The translations under genes were made by a program, and so were the position numbers. Below the pieces are notes generated by a model that made no database searches, was not told the DNA's origin, and was given only the letters and a program-made list of their open reading frames with translations. DNA of 63,523 bases. It comes from Paraphysomonas bandaiensis (Eukaryota > Protista > Chrysophyceae). Shown in pieces: positions 26,301 through 44,300 of this stretch. Positions within the stretch are counted from its first letter, which is position 1. Each line of letters starts with the position of its first letter. The stretch is from the NCBI GenBank assembly GCA_965644295.1, contig CBFFRP010000505.1, forward strand, positions 1 to 63,523, read 5' to 3'.

Positions 26301-29300
26301 AATACTGCCTGAGCATACTATATTCACTCAGCTAACACGCGTAGCAGCAGTATTACTGTACAACATATACCCATCACACAACCAATACACGTCATACACT
26401 ATTGTCTCTCAGTACAACATGAGTCTCTTGCATGCACTCGGCTCAACGAGAGAATATAAGTGTAGCATAACATATACAACATACCCATCACACAACCAAT
26501 ACACGTCATACACTTTCTCTCGGTGCACCTTGCTGAGCATACTATATTCACTCAGCTAACATGCGTAGCAACAGTATGACTGTACAACATATACCCATTA
26601 CACGTGATGCACTATTGTCTCTCAGTACAACATGAGTCTCTTGCCTGCACTCGGCTCAACGAGAGAATATAAGTGTAGCATAACATATACAACATACCCA
26701 TCACACAACCAATACACGTCATACACTTTCTCTCGGTGCACCCTCCTGCCTGAGCATACTATATTCACTCAGCTAACACGCGTAGCAGCAGTATTACTGT
26801 ACAACATATACCCATCACACAACCAATACACGTCATACACTATTGTCTCTCAGTACATAAGCCTCTTGCATGCACTCGGCTCAACGAGAGAATATAAGTG
26901 TACCATAACATATACAACATACCCATCACACAACCAATACACGTCATACACTTTCTCTCGGTGCACCTTGCTGAGCATACTATATTCACTCAGCTAACAT
27001 GCGTAGCAGCAGTATGACTGTACAACATATACCCATTACACGTGATGCACTATTGTCTCTCAGTACAACATGAGTCTCTTGCCTGCACTCGGCTCAACGA
27101 GAGAATATAAGTGTAGCATAACATATACAACATACCCATCACACAACCAATACACGTGATGCACTATTGTTTCTCAGTACAGCATGAGTCTCTTGCCTGC
27201 ACTCGGCTCAACGAGAGAATATAAGTGCAGCATAACACATACAACATACCCATCACACAACCAATACTGCCTGAGCATACTATATTCACTCAGCTAACAC
27301 ACGTAGCAGCAGTATTACTGTACAACATATACCCATCACACAACCAATACACGTCATACACTATTGTCTCTCAGTACAACATGAGTCTCTTGCATGCACT
27401 CGGCTCAACGAGAGAATATAAGTGTAGCATAACACATACAACATACCCATCACACAACCAATACTGCCTGAGCATACTATATTCACTCAGCTAACACACG
27501 TAGCAGCAGTATTACTGTACAACATATACCCATCACACAACCAATACACGTCATACACTATTGTTTCTCAGTACATAAGCCTCTTGCATGCACTCGGCTT
27601 AGCAAGAGAATATAAGTGTAGCATAACATATACAACATACCCATCACACAACCAATACACGTGATACACTATTGTTTCTCAGTACAACATGAGTCTCTTG
27701 CCTGCACTCGGCTCAACGAGAGAATATAAGTGTAGCATAACACATACAACATACCCATCACACAACCAATACACGTCATACACTTTCTCTCGGTGCACCT
27801 TGCCTGAGCATACTATATACACTCAGCTAACACGCGTAGCAGCATTATTACTGTACAACATATACCCTTCACACAACCAATACTCGTCATACACTATTGT
27901 TTCTCAGTACATAAGCCTCTTGCATGCACTCGGCTTAGCAAGAGAATATAAGTGTAGCATAACATATACAACATACCCATCACACAACCAATACACGTGA
28001 TGCACTATTGTTTCTCAGTACAACATGAGTCTCTTGCCTGCACTCGGCTCAACGAGAGAATATAAGTGTAGCATAACATATACAACATACCCATCACACA
28101 ACCAATACTGCCTGAGCATACTATATTCACTCAGCTAACACACGTAGCAGCAGTATTACTGTACAACATATACCCATCACACAACCAATACACGTCATAC
28201 ACTATTGTCTCTCAGTACAACATGAGTCTCTTGCATGCACTCGGCTCAACGAGAGAATATAAGTGTAGCATAACATATACAACATACCCATCACACAACC
28301 AATACACGTCATACACTTTCTCTCGGTGCACCCTCCTGCCTGAGCATACTATATACACTCAGCTAACACGCGTAGCAGCAGTATTACTGTACAACATATA
28401 CCCTTCACACAACCAATACTCGTCATACACTATTGTTTCTCAGTACATAAGCCTCTTGCATACACTCGGCTTAGCAAGAGAATATAAGTGTAGCATAACA
28501 TATACAACATACCCATCACACAACCAATACACGTGATACACTATTGTTTCTCAGTACAACATGAGTCTCTTGCCTGCACTCGGCTCAACGAGAGAATATA
28601 AGTGTAGCATAACACATACAACATACCCATCACACAACCAATACACGTCATACACTTTCTCTCGGTGCACCTTGCCTGAGCATACTATATACACTCAGCT
28701 AACACGCGTAGCAGCATTATTACTGTACAACATATACCCTTCACACAACCAATACTCGTCATACACTATTGTTTCTCAGTACATAAGCCTCTTGCATGCA
28801 CTCGGCTTAGCAAGAGAATATAAGTGTAGCATAACATATACAACATACCCATCACACAACCAATACACGTGATGCACTATTGTTTCTCAGTACAACATGA
28901 GTCTCTTGCCTGCACTCGGCTCAACGAGAGAATATAAGTGTAGCATAACATATACAACATACCCATCACACAACCAATACTGCCTGAGCATACTATATTC
29001 ACTCAGCTAACACACGTAGCAGCAGTATTACTGTACAACATATACCCATCACACAACCAATACACGTCATACACTATTGTCTCTCAGTACAACATGAGTC
29101 TCTTGCATGCACTCGGCTCAACGAGAGAATATAAGTGTAGCGTAACATTATACAATATATACCCATCACACAACCAATACACGTCATACACTATCTCTCG
29201 GTGGCCTGAGCATACTATAATATTCACTCAGCTAACAGACGTAGCAGCAGTATTACTGTACAACATATACCCATCACACAACCAATACACGTCATACACT

Positions 29301-32300
29301 ATTGTCTCTCAGTACAACATGAGTCTCTTGCCTGCACTCGGCTCAACGAGAGAATATAAGTGTAGCATAACATATACAACATACCCATCACACAACCAAT
29401 ACTGCCTGAGCATACTATATTCACTCATCTAACACACATAGCAGCAGAATGACAGTACAACATATACCCATCACACAACCAATACACGTCATACACTATT
29501 GTTTCTCAGTACAACATGAGTCTCTTGCATGCACTCGGCTCAACGAGAGAATATAAGTGTAGCGTAACATTATACAATATATACCCATCACACAACCAAT
29601 ACACGTCATACACTATCTCTCGGTGGCCTGAGCATACTATAATATTCACTCAGCTAACAGACGTAGCAGCAGTATTACTGTACAACATATACCCATCACA
29701 CAACCAATACACGTCATACACTATTGTCTCTCAGTACAACATGAGTCTCTTGCCTGCACTCGGCTCAACGAGAGAATATAAGTGTAGCATAACACATACA
29801 ACATACCCATCACACAACCAATACTGCCTGAGCATACTATATTCACTCAGCTAACACACGTAGCAGCAGTATTACTGTACAACATATACCCATCACACAA
29901 CCAATACACGTCATACACTATTGTCTCTCAGTACAACATGAGTCTCTTGCATGCACTCGGCTCAACGAGAGAATATAAGTGTAGCATAACACATACAACA
30001 TACCCATCACACAACCAATACACGTCATACACTTTCTCTCGGTGCACCTTGCCTGAGCATACTATATACACTCAGCTAACACGCGTAGCAGCATTATTAC
30101 TGTACAACATATACCCTTCACACAACCAATACTCGTCATACACTATTGTTTCTCAGTACATAAGCCTCTTGCATGCACTCGGCTCAGCAAGAGAATATAA
30201 GTGTAGCATAACATATACAACATACCCATCACACAACCAATACACGTGATGCACTATTGTTTCTCAGTACAACATGAGTCTCTTGCCTGCACTCGGCTCA
30301 ACGAGAGAATATAAGTGTAGCATAACACATACAACATACCCATCACACAACCAATACTGCCTGAGCATACTATATTCACTCAGCTAACACACGTAGCAGC
30401 AGTATTACTGTACAACATATACCCATCACACAACCAATACACGTCATACACTATTGTCTCTCAGTACAACATGAGTCTCTTGCATGCACTCGGCTCAACG
30501 AGAGAATATAAGTGTAGCATAACACATACAACATACCCATCACACAACCAATACACGTCATACACTTTCTCTCGGTGCACCTTGCCTGAGCATACTATAT
30601 ACACTCAGCTAACACGCGTAGCAGCATTATTACTGTACAACATATACCCTTCACACAACCAATACTCGTCATACACTATTGTTTCTCAGTACATAAGCCT
30701 CTTGCATGCACTCGGCTTAGCAAGAGAATATAAGTGTAGCATAACATATACAACATACCCATCACACAACCAATACACGTGATACACTATTGTTTCTCAG
30801 TACAACATGAGTCTCTTGCCTGCACTCGGCTCAACGAGAGAATATAAGTGTAGCATAACACATACAACATACCCATCACACAACCAATACACGTCATACA
30901 CTTTCTCTCGGTGCACCTTGCCTGAGCATACTATATACACTCAGCTAACACGCGTAGCAGCATTATTACTGTACAACATATACCCTTCACACAACCAATA
31001 CTCGTCATACACTATTGTTTCTCAGTACATAAGCCTCTTGCATGCACTCGGCTTAGCAAGAGAATATAAGTGTAGCATAACATATACAACATACCCATCA
31101 CACAACCAATACACGTGATGCACTATTGTTTCTCAGTACAACATGAGTCTCTTGCCTGCACTCGGCTCAACGAGAGAATATAAGTGTAGCATAACATATA
31201 CAACATACCCATCACACAACCAATACTGCCTGAGCATACTATATTCACTCATCTAACACACATAGCAGCAGAATGACTGTACAACATATACCCATCACAC
31301 AACCAATACACGTCATACACTATTGTCTCTCAGTACATAAGCCTCTTGCATGCACTCGGCTCAACGAGAGAATATAAGTGTAGCATAACATATACAACAT
31401 ACCCATCACACAACCAATACTGCCTGAGCATACTATATTCACTCAGCTAACACGCGTAGCAGCAGAATGACTGTACAACATATACCCATCACACAACCAA
31501 TACACGTCATACACTATTGTCTCTCAGTACAACATGAGTCTCTTGCATGCACTCGGCTCAACGAGAGAATATAAGTGTAGCGTAACCATATACAACATAC
31601 CCATCACACAACCAATACACGTCATACACTATTGTCTCTCAGTACATAAGCCTCTTGCATGCACTCGGCTCAACGAGAGAATATAAGTGTAGCATAACAT
31701 ATACAACATACCCATCACACAACCAATACACGTCATACACTTTCTCTCGGTGCACCTTGCTGAGCATACTATATTCACTCAGCTAACATGCGTAGCAGCA
31801 GTATGACTGTACAACATATACCCATTACACGTGATGCACTATTGTCTCTCAGTACAACATGAGTCTCTTGCCTGCACTCGGCTCAACGAGAGAATATAAG
31901 TGTAGCATAACATATACAACATACCCATCACACAACCAATACACGTCATACACTTTCTCTCGGTGCACCCTCCTGCCTGAGCATACTATATTCACTCAGC
32001 TAACACGCGTAGCAGCAGTATTACTGTACAACATATACCCATCACACAACCAATACACGTCATACACTATTGTCTCTCAGTACATAAGCCTCTTGCATGC
32101 ACTCGGCTCAACGAGAGAATATAAGTGTAGCATAACATATACAACATACCCATCACACAACCAATACTGCCTGAGCATACTATATTCACTCATCTAACAC
32201 ACATAGCAGCAGAATGACTGTACAACATATACCCATCACACAACCAATACACGTCATACACTATTGTCTCTCAGTACATAAGCCTCTTGCATGCACTCGG

Positions 32301-35300
32301 CTCAACGAGAGAATATAAGTGTAGCATAACATATACAACATACCCATCACACAACCAATACTGCCTGAGCATACTATATTCACTCATCTAACACGCGTAG
32401 CAGCAGAATGACTGTACAACATATACCCATCACACAACCAATACACGTCATATACACTATCTCTCGGTGCACCCTCCTGCCTGAGCATACTATATTCACT
32501 CAGCTAACACGCGTAGCAGCAGTATTACTGTACAACATATACCCATCACACAACCAATACACGTCATACACTATTGTCTCTCAGTACATAAGCCTCTTGC
32601 ATGCACTCGGCTCAACGAGAGAATATAAGTGTAGCATAACATATACAACATACCCATCACACAACCAATACTGCCTGAGCATACTATATTCACTCATCTA
32701 TCACACATAGCAGCAGAATGACTGTACAACATATACCCATCACACAACCAATACACGTCATACACTATTGTCTCTCAGTACATAAGCCTCTTGCATGCAC
32801 TCGGCTCAACGAGAGAATATAAGTGTAGCATAACATATACAACATACCCATCACACAACCAATACTGCCTGAGCATACTATATTCACTCATCTAACACGC
32901 GTAGCAGCAGAATGACTGTACAACATATACCCATCACACAACCAATACACGTCATATACACTATCTCTCGGTGCACCCTCCTGCCTGAGCATACTATATT
33001 CACTCAGCTAACACGCGTAGCAGCAGTATTACTGTACAACATATACCCATCACACAACCAATACACGTCATACACTATTGTCTCTCAGTACAACATGAGT
33101 CTCTTGCATGCACTCGGCTCAACGAGAGAATATAAGTGTAGCGTAACCATATACAACATACCCATCACACAACCAATACACGTCATACACTATTGTCTCT
33201 CAGTACATAAGCCTCTTGCATGCACTCGGCTCAACGAGAGAATATAAGTGTAGCATAACATATACAACATACCCATCACACAACCAATACACGTCATACA
33301 CTTTCTCTCGGTGCACCTTGCTGAGCATACTATATTCACTCAGCTAACATGCGTAGCAGCAGTATGACTGTACAACATATACCCATTACACGTGATGCAC
33401 TATTGTCTCTCAGTACAACATGAGTCTCTTGCCTGCACTCGGCTCAACGAGAGAATATAAGTGTAGCATAACATATACAACATACCCATCACACAACCAA
33501 TACACGTCATACACTTTCTCTCGGTGCACCCTCCTGCCTGAGCATACTATATTCACTCATCTAACACGCGTAGCAGCAGTATTACTGTACAACATATACC
33601 CATTACACGTGATGCACTATTGTCTCTCAGTACATAAGCCTCTTGCATGCACTCGGCTCAACGAGAGAATATAAGTGTAGCATAACATATACAACATACC
33701 CATCACACAACCAATACTGCATGAGCATACTATATTCACTCAGCTAACACGCGTAGCAGCAGTATTACTGTACAACATATACCCATCACACAACCAATAC
33801 ACGTCATACACTATTGTCTCTCAGTACATAAGCCTCTTGCATGCACTCGGCTCAACGAGAGAATATAAGTGTAGCATAACATATACAACATACCCATCAC
33901 ACAACCAATACACGTCATACACTTTCTCTCGGTGCACCTTGCTGAGCATACTATATTCACTCAGCTAACATGCGTAGCAGCAGTATGACTGTACAACATA
34001 TACCCATTACACGTGATGCACTATTGTCTCTCAGTACAACATGAGTCTCTTGCCTGCACTCGGCTCAACGAGAGAATATAAGTGTAGCATAACATATACA
34101 ACATACCCATCACACAACCAATACACGTCATACACTTTCTCTCGGTGCACCCTCCTGCCTGAGCATACTATATTCACTCAGCTAACACGCGTAGCAGCAG
34201 TATTACTGTACAACATATACCCATCACACAACCAATACACGTCATACACTATTGTCTCTCAGTACATAACCTCTTGCATGCACTCGGCTCAACGAGAGAA
34301 TATAAGTGTAGCATAACATATACAACATACCCATCACACAACCAATACTGCCTGAGCATACTATATTCACTCAGCTAACACGCGTAGCAGCAGTATTACT
34401 GTACAACATATACCCATCACACAACCAATACACGTCATACACTATTGTCTCTCAGTACATAAGCCTCTTGCATGCACTCGGCTCAACGAGAGAATATAAG
34501 TGTAGCATAACATATACAACATACCCATCACACAACCAATACACGTCATACACTTTCTCTCGGTGCACCTTGCTGAGCATACTATATTCACTCAGCTAAC
34601 ATGCGTAGCAGCAGTATGACTGTACAACATATACCCATTACACGTGATGCACTATTGTCTCTCAGTACAACATGAGTCTCTTGCCTGCACTCGGCTCAAC
34701 GAGAGAATATAAGTGTAGCATAACATATACAACATACCCATCACACAACCAATACACGTCATACACTTTCTCTCGGTGCACCCTCCTGCCTGAGCATACT
34801 ATATTCACTCATCTAACACGCGTAGCAGCAGTATTACTGTACAACATATACCCATCACACAACCAATACACGTCATACACTATTGTCTCTCAGTACATAA
34901 GCCTCTTTCATGCACTCGGCTCAACGAGAGAATATAAGTGTAGCATAACATATACAACATACCCATCACACAACCAATACTGCCTGAGCATACTATATTC
35001 ACTCATCTAACACGCGTAGCAGCAGAATGACTGTACAACATATACCCATCACACAACCAATACACGTCATACACTATTGTCTCTCAGTACATAAGCCTCT
35101 TACATGCACTCGGCTCAACGAGAGAATATAAGTGTAGCATAACATATACAACATACCCATCACACAACCAATACTGCCTGAGCATACTATATTCACTCAT
35201 CTAACACGCGTAGCAGCAGAATGACTGTACAACATATACCCATCACACAACCAATACACGTCATATACACTATCTCTCGGTGCACCCTCCTGCCTGAGCA

Positions 35301-38300
35301 TACTATATTCACTCAGCTAACACGCGTAGCAGCAGTATTACTGTACAACATATACCCATCACACAACCAATACACGTCATATACACTATTGTCTCTCAGT
35401 ACAACATGAGTCTCTTGCATGCACTCGGCTCAACGAGAGCATATAAGTGTAGCGTAACCATATACAACATACCCATCACACAACCAATACACGTCATACA
35501 CTATTGTCTCTCAGTACATAAGCCTCTTGCATGCACTCGGCTCAACGAGAGAATATAAGTGTAGCATAACATATACAACATACCCATCACACAACCAATA
35601 CACGTCATACACTTTCTCTCGGTGCACCCTCCTGCCTGAGCATACTATATTCACTCAGCTAACACGCGTAGCAGCAGTATTACTGTACAACATATACCCA
35701 TTACACGTGATGCACTATTGTCTCTCAGTACATAAGCCTCTTGCATGCACTCGGCTCAACGAGAGAATATAAGTGTAGCATAACATATACAACATACCCA
35801 TCACACAACCAATACTGCCTGAGCATACTATATTCACTCAGCTAACACGCGTAGCAGCAGAATGACTGTACAACATATACCCATCACACAACCAATACAC
35901 GTCATATACACTATCTCTCGGTGCACCCTCCTGCCTGAGCATACTATATTCACTCAGCTAACACGCGTAGCAGCAGTATTACTGTACAACATATACCCAT
36001 CACACAACCAATACACGTCATACACTATTGTCTCTCAGTACATAAGCCTCTTGCATGCACTCGGCTCAACGAGAGAATATAAGTGTAGCATAACATATAC
36101 AACATACCCATCACACAACCAATACACGTCATACACTTTCTCTCGGTGCACCTTGCTGAGCATACTATATTCACTCAGCTAACATGCGTAGCAGCAGTAT
36201 GACTGTACAACATATACCCATTACACGTGATGCACTATTGTCTCTCAGTACAACATGAGTCTCTTGCCTGCACTCGGCTCAACGAGAGAATATAAGTGTA
36301 GCATAACATATACAACATACCCATCACACAACCAATACACGTCATACACTTTCTCTCGGTGCACCCTCCTGCCTGAGCATACTATATTCACTCAGCTAAC
36401 ACGCGTAGCAGCAGTATTATTACTGTACAACATATACCCATCACACAACCAATACACGTCATACACTATTGTCTCTCAGTACATAAGCCTCTTGCATGCA
36501 CTCGGCTCAACGAGAGAATATAAGTGTAGCATAACATATACAACATACCCATCACACAACCAATACACGTCATACACTTTCTCTCGGTGCACCTTGCTGA
36601 GCATACTATATTCACTCAGCTAACATGCGTAGCAGCAGTATGACTGTACAACATATACCCATTACACGTGATGCACTATTGTCTCTCAGTACAACATGAG
36701 TCTCTTGCCTGCACTCGGCTCAACGAGAGAATATAAGTGTAGCATAACATATACAACATACCCATCACACAACCAATACACGTCATACACTTTCTCTCGG
36801 TGCACCCTCCTGCCTGAGCATACTATATTCACTCAGCTAACACGCGTAGCAGCAGTATTATTACTGTACAACATATACCCATCACACAACCAATACACGT
36901 CATACACTATTGTCTCTCAGTACATAAGCCTCTTGCATGCACTCGGCTCAACGAGAGAATATAAGTGTAGCATAACATATACAACATACCCATCACACAA
37001 CCAATACTGCCTGAGCATACTATATTCACTCATCTAACACGCGTAGCAGCAGAATGACTGTACAACATATACCCATCACACAACCAATACACGTCATATA
37101 CACTATCTCTCGGTGCACCCTCCTGCCTGAGCATACTATATTCACTCAGCTAACACGCGTAGCAGCAGTATTACTGTACAACATATACCCATCACACAAC
37201 CAATACACGTCATACACTATTGTCTCTCAGTACAACATGAGTCTCTTGCATGCACTCGGCTCAACGAGAGAATATAAGTGTAGCGTAACCATATACAACA
37301 TACCCATCACACAACCAATACACGTCATACACTATTGTCTCTCAGTACATAAGCCTCTTGCATGCACTCGGCTCAACGAGAGAATATAAGTGTAGCATAA
37401 CATATACAACATACCCATCACACAACCAATACACGTCATACACTTTCTCTCGGTGCACCTTGCTGAGCATACTATATTCACTCAGCTAACATGCGTAGCA
37501 GCAGTATGACTGTACAACATATACCCATTACACGTGATGCACTATTGTCTCTCAGTACAACATGAGTCTCTTGCCTGCACTCGGCTCAACGAGAGAATAT
37601 AAGTGTAGCATAACATATACAACATACCCATCACACAACCAATACACGTCATACACTTTCTCTCGGTGCACCCTCCTGCCTGAGCATACTATATTCACTC
37701 AGCTAACACGCGTAGCAGCAGTATTATTACTGTACAACATATACCCATCACACAACCAATACACGTCATACACTATTGTCTCTCAGTACATAAGCCTCTT
37801 GCATGCACTCGGCTCAACGAGAGAATATAAGTGTAGCATAACATATACAACATACCCATCACACAACCAATACTGCCTGAGCATACTATATTCACTCATC
37901 TAACACGCGTAGCAGCAGAATGACTGTACAACATATACCCATCACACAACCAATACACGTCATATACACTATCTCTCGGTGCACCCTCCTGCCTGAGCAT
38001 ACTATATTCACTCAGCTAACACGCGTAGCAGCAGTATTACTGTACAACATATACCCATCACACAACCAATACACGTCATACACTATTGTCTCTCAGTACA
38101 ACATGAGTCTCTTGCATGCACTCGGCTCAACGAGAGAATATAAGTGTAGCGTAACCATATACAACATACCCATCACACAACCAATACACGTCATACACTA
38201 TTGTCTCTCAGTACATAAGCCTCTTGCATGCACTCGGCTCAACGAGAGAATATAAGTGTAGCATAACATATACAACATACCCATCACACAACCAATACAC

Positions 38301-41300
38301 GTCATACACTTTCTCTCGGTGCACCTTGCTGAGCATACTATATTCACTCAGCTAACACGCGTAGCAGCAGTATTACTGTACAACATATACCCATCACACA
38401 ACCAATACACGTCATACACTATTGTCTCTCAGTACAACATGAGTCTCTTGCATGCACTCGGCTCAACGAGAGAATATAAGTGTAGCGTAACCATATACAA
38501 CATACCCATCACACAACCAATACACGTCATACACTATTGTTTCTCAGTACATAAGCCTCTTGCATGCACTCGGCTCAACGAGAGAATATAAGTGTAGCAT
38601 AACATATACAACATACCCATCACACAACCAATACACGTCATACACTTTCTCTCGGTGCACCTTGCTGAGCATACTATATTCACTCAGCTAACATGCGTAG
38701 CAGCAGTATTACTGTACAACATATACCCATTACACGTGATTCACTATTGTCTCTCAGTACATATGCCTCTTGCATGCACTCGGCTCAACGAGAGAATATA
38801 AGTGTAGCATAACATATACAACATACCCATCACACAACCAATACACGTCATACACTTTCTCTCGGTGCACCCTGCCTGAGCATACTATATTCACTCAGCT
38901 AACACGCGTAGCAGCAGTATGACTGTACAACATATACCCATCACACAACCAATACACGTCATACACTATTGTCTCTCAGTACATAAGCCTCTTGCATGCA
39001 CTCGGCTCAACGAGAGAATATAAGTGTAGCATAACATATACAACATACCCATCACACAACCAATACTGCCTGAGCATACTATATTCACTCATCTAACACG
39101 CGTAGCAGCAGAATGACTGTACAACATATACCCATCACACAACCAATACACGTCATATACACTATCTCTCGGTGCACCCTCCTGCCTGAGCATACTATAT
39201 TCACTCAGCTAACACGCGTAGCAGCAGTATTACTGTACAACATATACCCATCACACAACCAATACACGTCATACACTATTGTCTCTCAGTACATAAGCCT
39301 CTTGCATGCACTCGGCTCAACGAGAGAATATAAGTGTAGCATAACATATACAACATACCCATCACACAACCAATACTGCCTGAGCATACTATATTCACTC
39401 ATCTAACACGCGTAGCAGCAGTATTACTGTACAACATATACCCATCACACAACCAATACACGTCATACACTTTCTCTCGGTGCACCTTGCTGAGCATACT
39501 ATATTCACTCAGCTAACATGCGTAGCAGCAGTATGACTGTACAACATATACCCATTACACGTGATGCACTATTGTCTCTCAGTACAACATGAGTCTCTTG
39601 CCTGCACTCGGCTCAACGAGAGAATATAAGTGTAGCATAACATATACAACATACCCATCACACAACCAATACACGTCATACACTTTCTCTCGGTGCACCC
39701 TCCTGCCTGAGCATACTATATTCACTCAGCTAACATGCGTAGCAGCAGTATGACTGTACAACATATACCCATCACACAACCAATACACGTCATACACTAT
39801 TGTCTCTCAGTACATAAGCCTCTTGCATGCACTCGGCTCAACGAGAGAATATAAGTGTAGCATAACATATACAACATACCCATCACACAACCAATACTGC
39901 CTGAGCATACTATATTCACTCAGCTAACACGCGTAGCAGCAGTATTACTGTACAACATATACCCATCACACAACCAATACACGTCATACACTATTGTCTC
40001 TCAGTACATAAGCCTCTTGCATGCACTCGGCTCAACGAGAGAATATAAGTGTAGCATAACATATACAACATACCCATCACACAACCAATACTGCCTGAGC
40101 ATACTATATTCACTCATCTAACACGCGTAGCAGCAGAATGACTGTACAACATATACCCATCACACAACCAATACACGTCATACACTATTGTCTCTCAGTA
40201 CATAAGCCTCTTGCATGCACTCGGCTCAACGAGAGAATATAAGTGTAGCATAACATATACAACATACCCATCACACAACCAATACTGCCTGAGCATACTA
40301 TATTCACTCATCTAACACGCGTAGCAGCAGAATGACTGTACAACATATACCCATCACACAACCAATACACGTCATATACACTATCTCTCGGTGCACCCTC
40401 CTGCCTGAGCATACTATATTCACTCAGCTAACACGCGTAGCAGCAGTATTACTGTACAACATATACCCATCACACAACCAATACACGTCATACACTATTG
40501 TCTCTCAGTACATAAGCCTCTTGCATGCACTCGGCTCAACGAGAGAATATAAGTGTAGCATAACATATACAACATACCCATCAGACAACCAATACACGTC
40601 ATACACTTTCTCTCGGTGCACCCTGCCTGAGCATACTATATTCACTCAGCTAACACGCGTAGCAGCAGTATGACTGTACAACATATACCCATCACACAAC
40701 CAATACACGTCATACACTATTGTCTCTCAGTACATAAGCCTCTTGCATGCACTCGGCTCAACGAGAGAATATAAGTGTAGCATAACATATACAACATACC
40801 CATCACACAACCAATACTGCCTGAGCATACTATATTCACTCATCTAACACGCGTAGCAGCAGAATGACTGTACAACATATACCCATCACACAACCAATAC
40901 ACGTCATATACACTATCTCTCGGTGCACCCTCCTGCCTGAGCATACTATATTCACTCAGCTAACACGCGTAGCAGCAGTATTACTGTACAACATATACCC
41001 ATCACACAACCAATACACGTCATACACTATTGTCTCTCAGTACATAAGCCTCTTGCATGCACTCGGCTCAACGAGAGAATATAAGTGTAGCATAACATAT
41101 ACAACATACCCATCAGACAACCAATACACGTCATACACTTTCTCTCGGTGCACCCTGCCTGAGCATACTATATTCACTCAGCTAACACGCGTAGCAGCAG
41201 TATTACTGTACAACATATACCCATCACACAACCAATACACGTCATACACTATTGTCTCTCAGTACATAAGTCTCTTGCATGCACTCGGCTCAACGAGAGA

Positions 41301-44300
41301 ATATAAGTGTAGCATAACATATACAACATACCCATCACACAACCAATACTGCCTGAGCATACTATATTCACTCATCTAACACGCGTAGCAGCAGAATGAC
41401 TGTACAACATATACCCATCACACAACCAATACACGTCATATACACTATCTCTCGGTGCACCCTCCTGCCTGAGCATACTATATTCACTCAGCTAACACGC
41501 GTAGCAGCAGTATTACTGTACAACATATACCCATCACACAACCAATACACGTCATACACTATTGTCTCTCAGTACAACATGAGTCTCTTGCCTGCACTCG
41601 GCTCAACGAGAGAATATAAGTGTAGCATAACATATACAACATACCCATCAGACAACCAATACACGTCATACACTTTCTCTCGGTGCACCCTGCCTGAGCA
41701 TACTATATTCACTCAGCTAACACGCGTAGCAGCAGTATTACTGTACAACATATACCCATCACACAACCAATACACGTCATACACTATATTGTCTCTCAGT
41801 ACATAAGTCTCTTGCATGCACTCGGCTCAACGAGAGAATATAAGTGTAGCATAACATATACAACATACCCATCACACAACCAATACTGCCTGAGCATACT
41901 ATAATCACTCAGCTAACACACGTAGCAGCAGTATTACTGTACAACATATACCCATCACACAACCAATACACGTCATATACACTATCTCTCGGTGCACCCT
42001 CCTGCCTGAGCATACTATATTCACTCAGCTAACACGCGTAGCAGCAGTATTACTGTACAACATATACCCATCACACAACCAATACACGTCATACACTATT
42101 GTCTCTCAGTACATAAGCCTCTTGCATGCACTCGGCTCAACGAGAGAATATAAGTGTAGCATAACATATACAACATACCCATCAGACAACCAATACACGT
42201 CATACACTTTCTCTCGGTGCACCCTGCCTGAGCATACTATATTCACTCAGCTAACACGCGTAGCAGCAGTATGACTGTACAACATATACCCATCACACAA
42301 CCAATACACGTCATACACTATTGTCTCTCAGTACATAAGCCTCTTGCATGCACTCGGCTCAACGAGAGAATATAAGTGTAGCATAACATATACAACATAC
42401 CCATCACACAACCAATACTGCCTGAGCATACTATATTCACTCATCTAACACGCGTAGCAGCAGAATGACTGTACAACATATACCCATCACACAACCAATA
42501 CACGTCATATACACTATCTCTCGGTGCACCCTCCTGCCTGAGCATACTATATTCACTCAGCTAACACGCGTAGCAGCAGTATTACTGTACAACATATACC
42601 CATCACACAACCAATACACGTCATACACTATTGTCTCTCAGTACATAAGCCTCTTGCATGCACTCGGCTCAACGAGAGAATATAAGTGTAGCATAACATA
42701 TACAACATACCCATCAGACAACCAATACACGTCATACACTTTCTCTCGGTGCACCCTGCCTGAGCATACTATATTCACTCAGCTAACACGCGTAGCAGCA
42801 GTATTACTGTACAACATATACCCATCACACAACCAATACACGTCATACACTATTGTCTCTCAGTACAACATGAGTCTCTTGCATGCACTCGGCTCAACGA
42901 GAGAATATAAGTGTAGCATAACATATACAACATACCCATCACACAACCAATACTGCCTGAGCATACTATATTCACTCAGCTAACACACGTAGCAGCAGTA
43001 TTACTGTACAACATATACCCATCACACAACCAATACACGTCATACACTATTGTCTCTCAGTACATAAGCCTCTTGCATGCACTCGGCTCAACGAGAGAAT
43101 ATAAGTGTAGCATAACATATACAACATACCCATCACACAACCAATACACGTCATACACTTTCTCTCGGTGCACCCTGCCTGAGCATACTATATTCACTCA
43201 GCTAACACGCGTAGCGGCATTATTACTGTACAACATATACCCATCACACAACCAATACACGTCATACACTATTGTCTCTCAGTACATAAGCCTCTTGCAT
43301 GCACTCGGCTCAACGAGAGAATATAAGTGTAGCATAACATATACAACATACCCATCACACAACCAATACTGCCTGAGCATACTATATTCACTCATCTAAC
43401 ACGCGTAGCAGCAGAATGACTGTACAACATATACCCATCACACAACCAATACACGTCATATACACTATCTCTCGGTGCACCCTCCTGCCTGAGCATACTA
43501 TATTCACTCAGCTAACACGCGTAGCAGCAGTATTACTGTACAACATATACCCATCACACAACCAATACACGTCATACACTATTGTCTCTCAGTACATAAG
43601 CCTCTTGCATGCACTCGGCTCAACGAGAGAATATAAGTGTAGCATAACATATACAACATACCCATCAGACAACCAATACACGTCATACACTTTCTCTCGG
43701 TGCACCCTGCCTGAGCATACTATATTCACTCAGCTAACACGCGTAGCAGCAGTATTACTGTACAACATATACCCATCACACAACCAATACACGTCATACA
43801 CTATTGTCTCTCAGTACAACATGAGTCTCTTGCATGCACTCGGCTCAACGAGAGAATATAAGTGTAGCATAACATATACAACATACCCATCACACAACCA
43901 ATACTGCCTGAGCATACTATATTCACTCAGCTAACACACGTAGCAGCAGTATTACTGTACAACATATACCCATCACACAACCAATACACGTCATACACTA
44001 TTGTCTCTCAGTACATAAGCCTCTTGCATGCACTCGGCTCAACGAGAGAATATAAGTGTAGCATAACATATACAACATACCCATCAGACAACCAATACAC
44101 GTCATACACTTTCTCTCGGTGCACCCTGCCTGAGCATACTATATTCACTCAGCTAACACGCGTAGCAGCAGTATTACTGTACAACATATACCCATCACAC
44201 AACCAATACACGTCATACACTATTGTCTCTCAGTACAACATGAGTCTCTTGCATGCACTCGGCTCAACGAGAGAATATAAGTGTAGCATAACATATACAA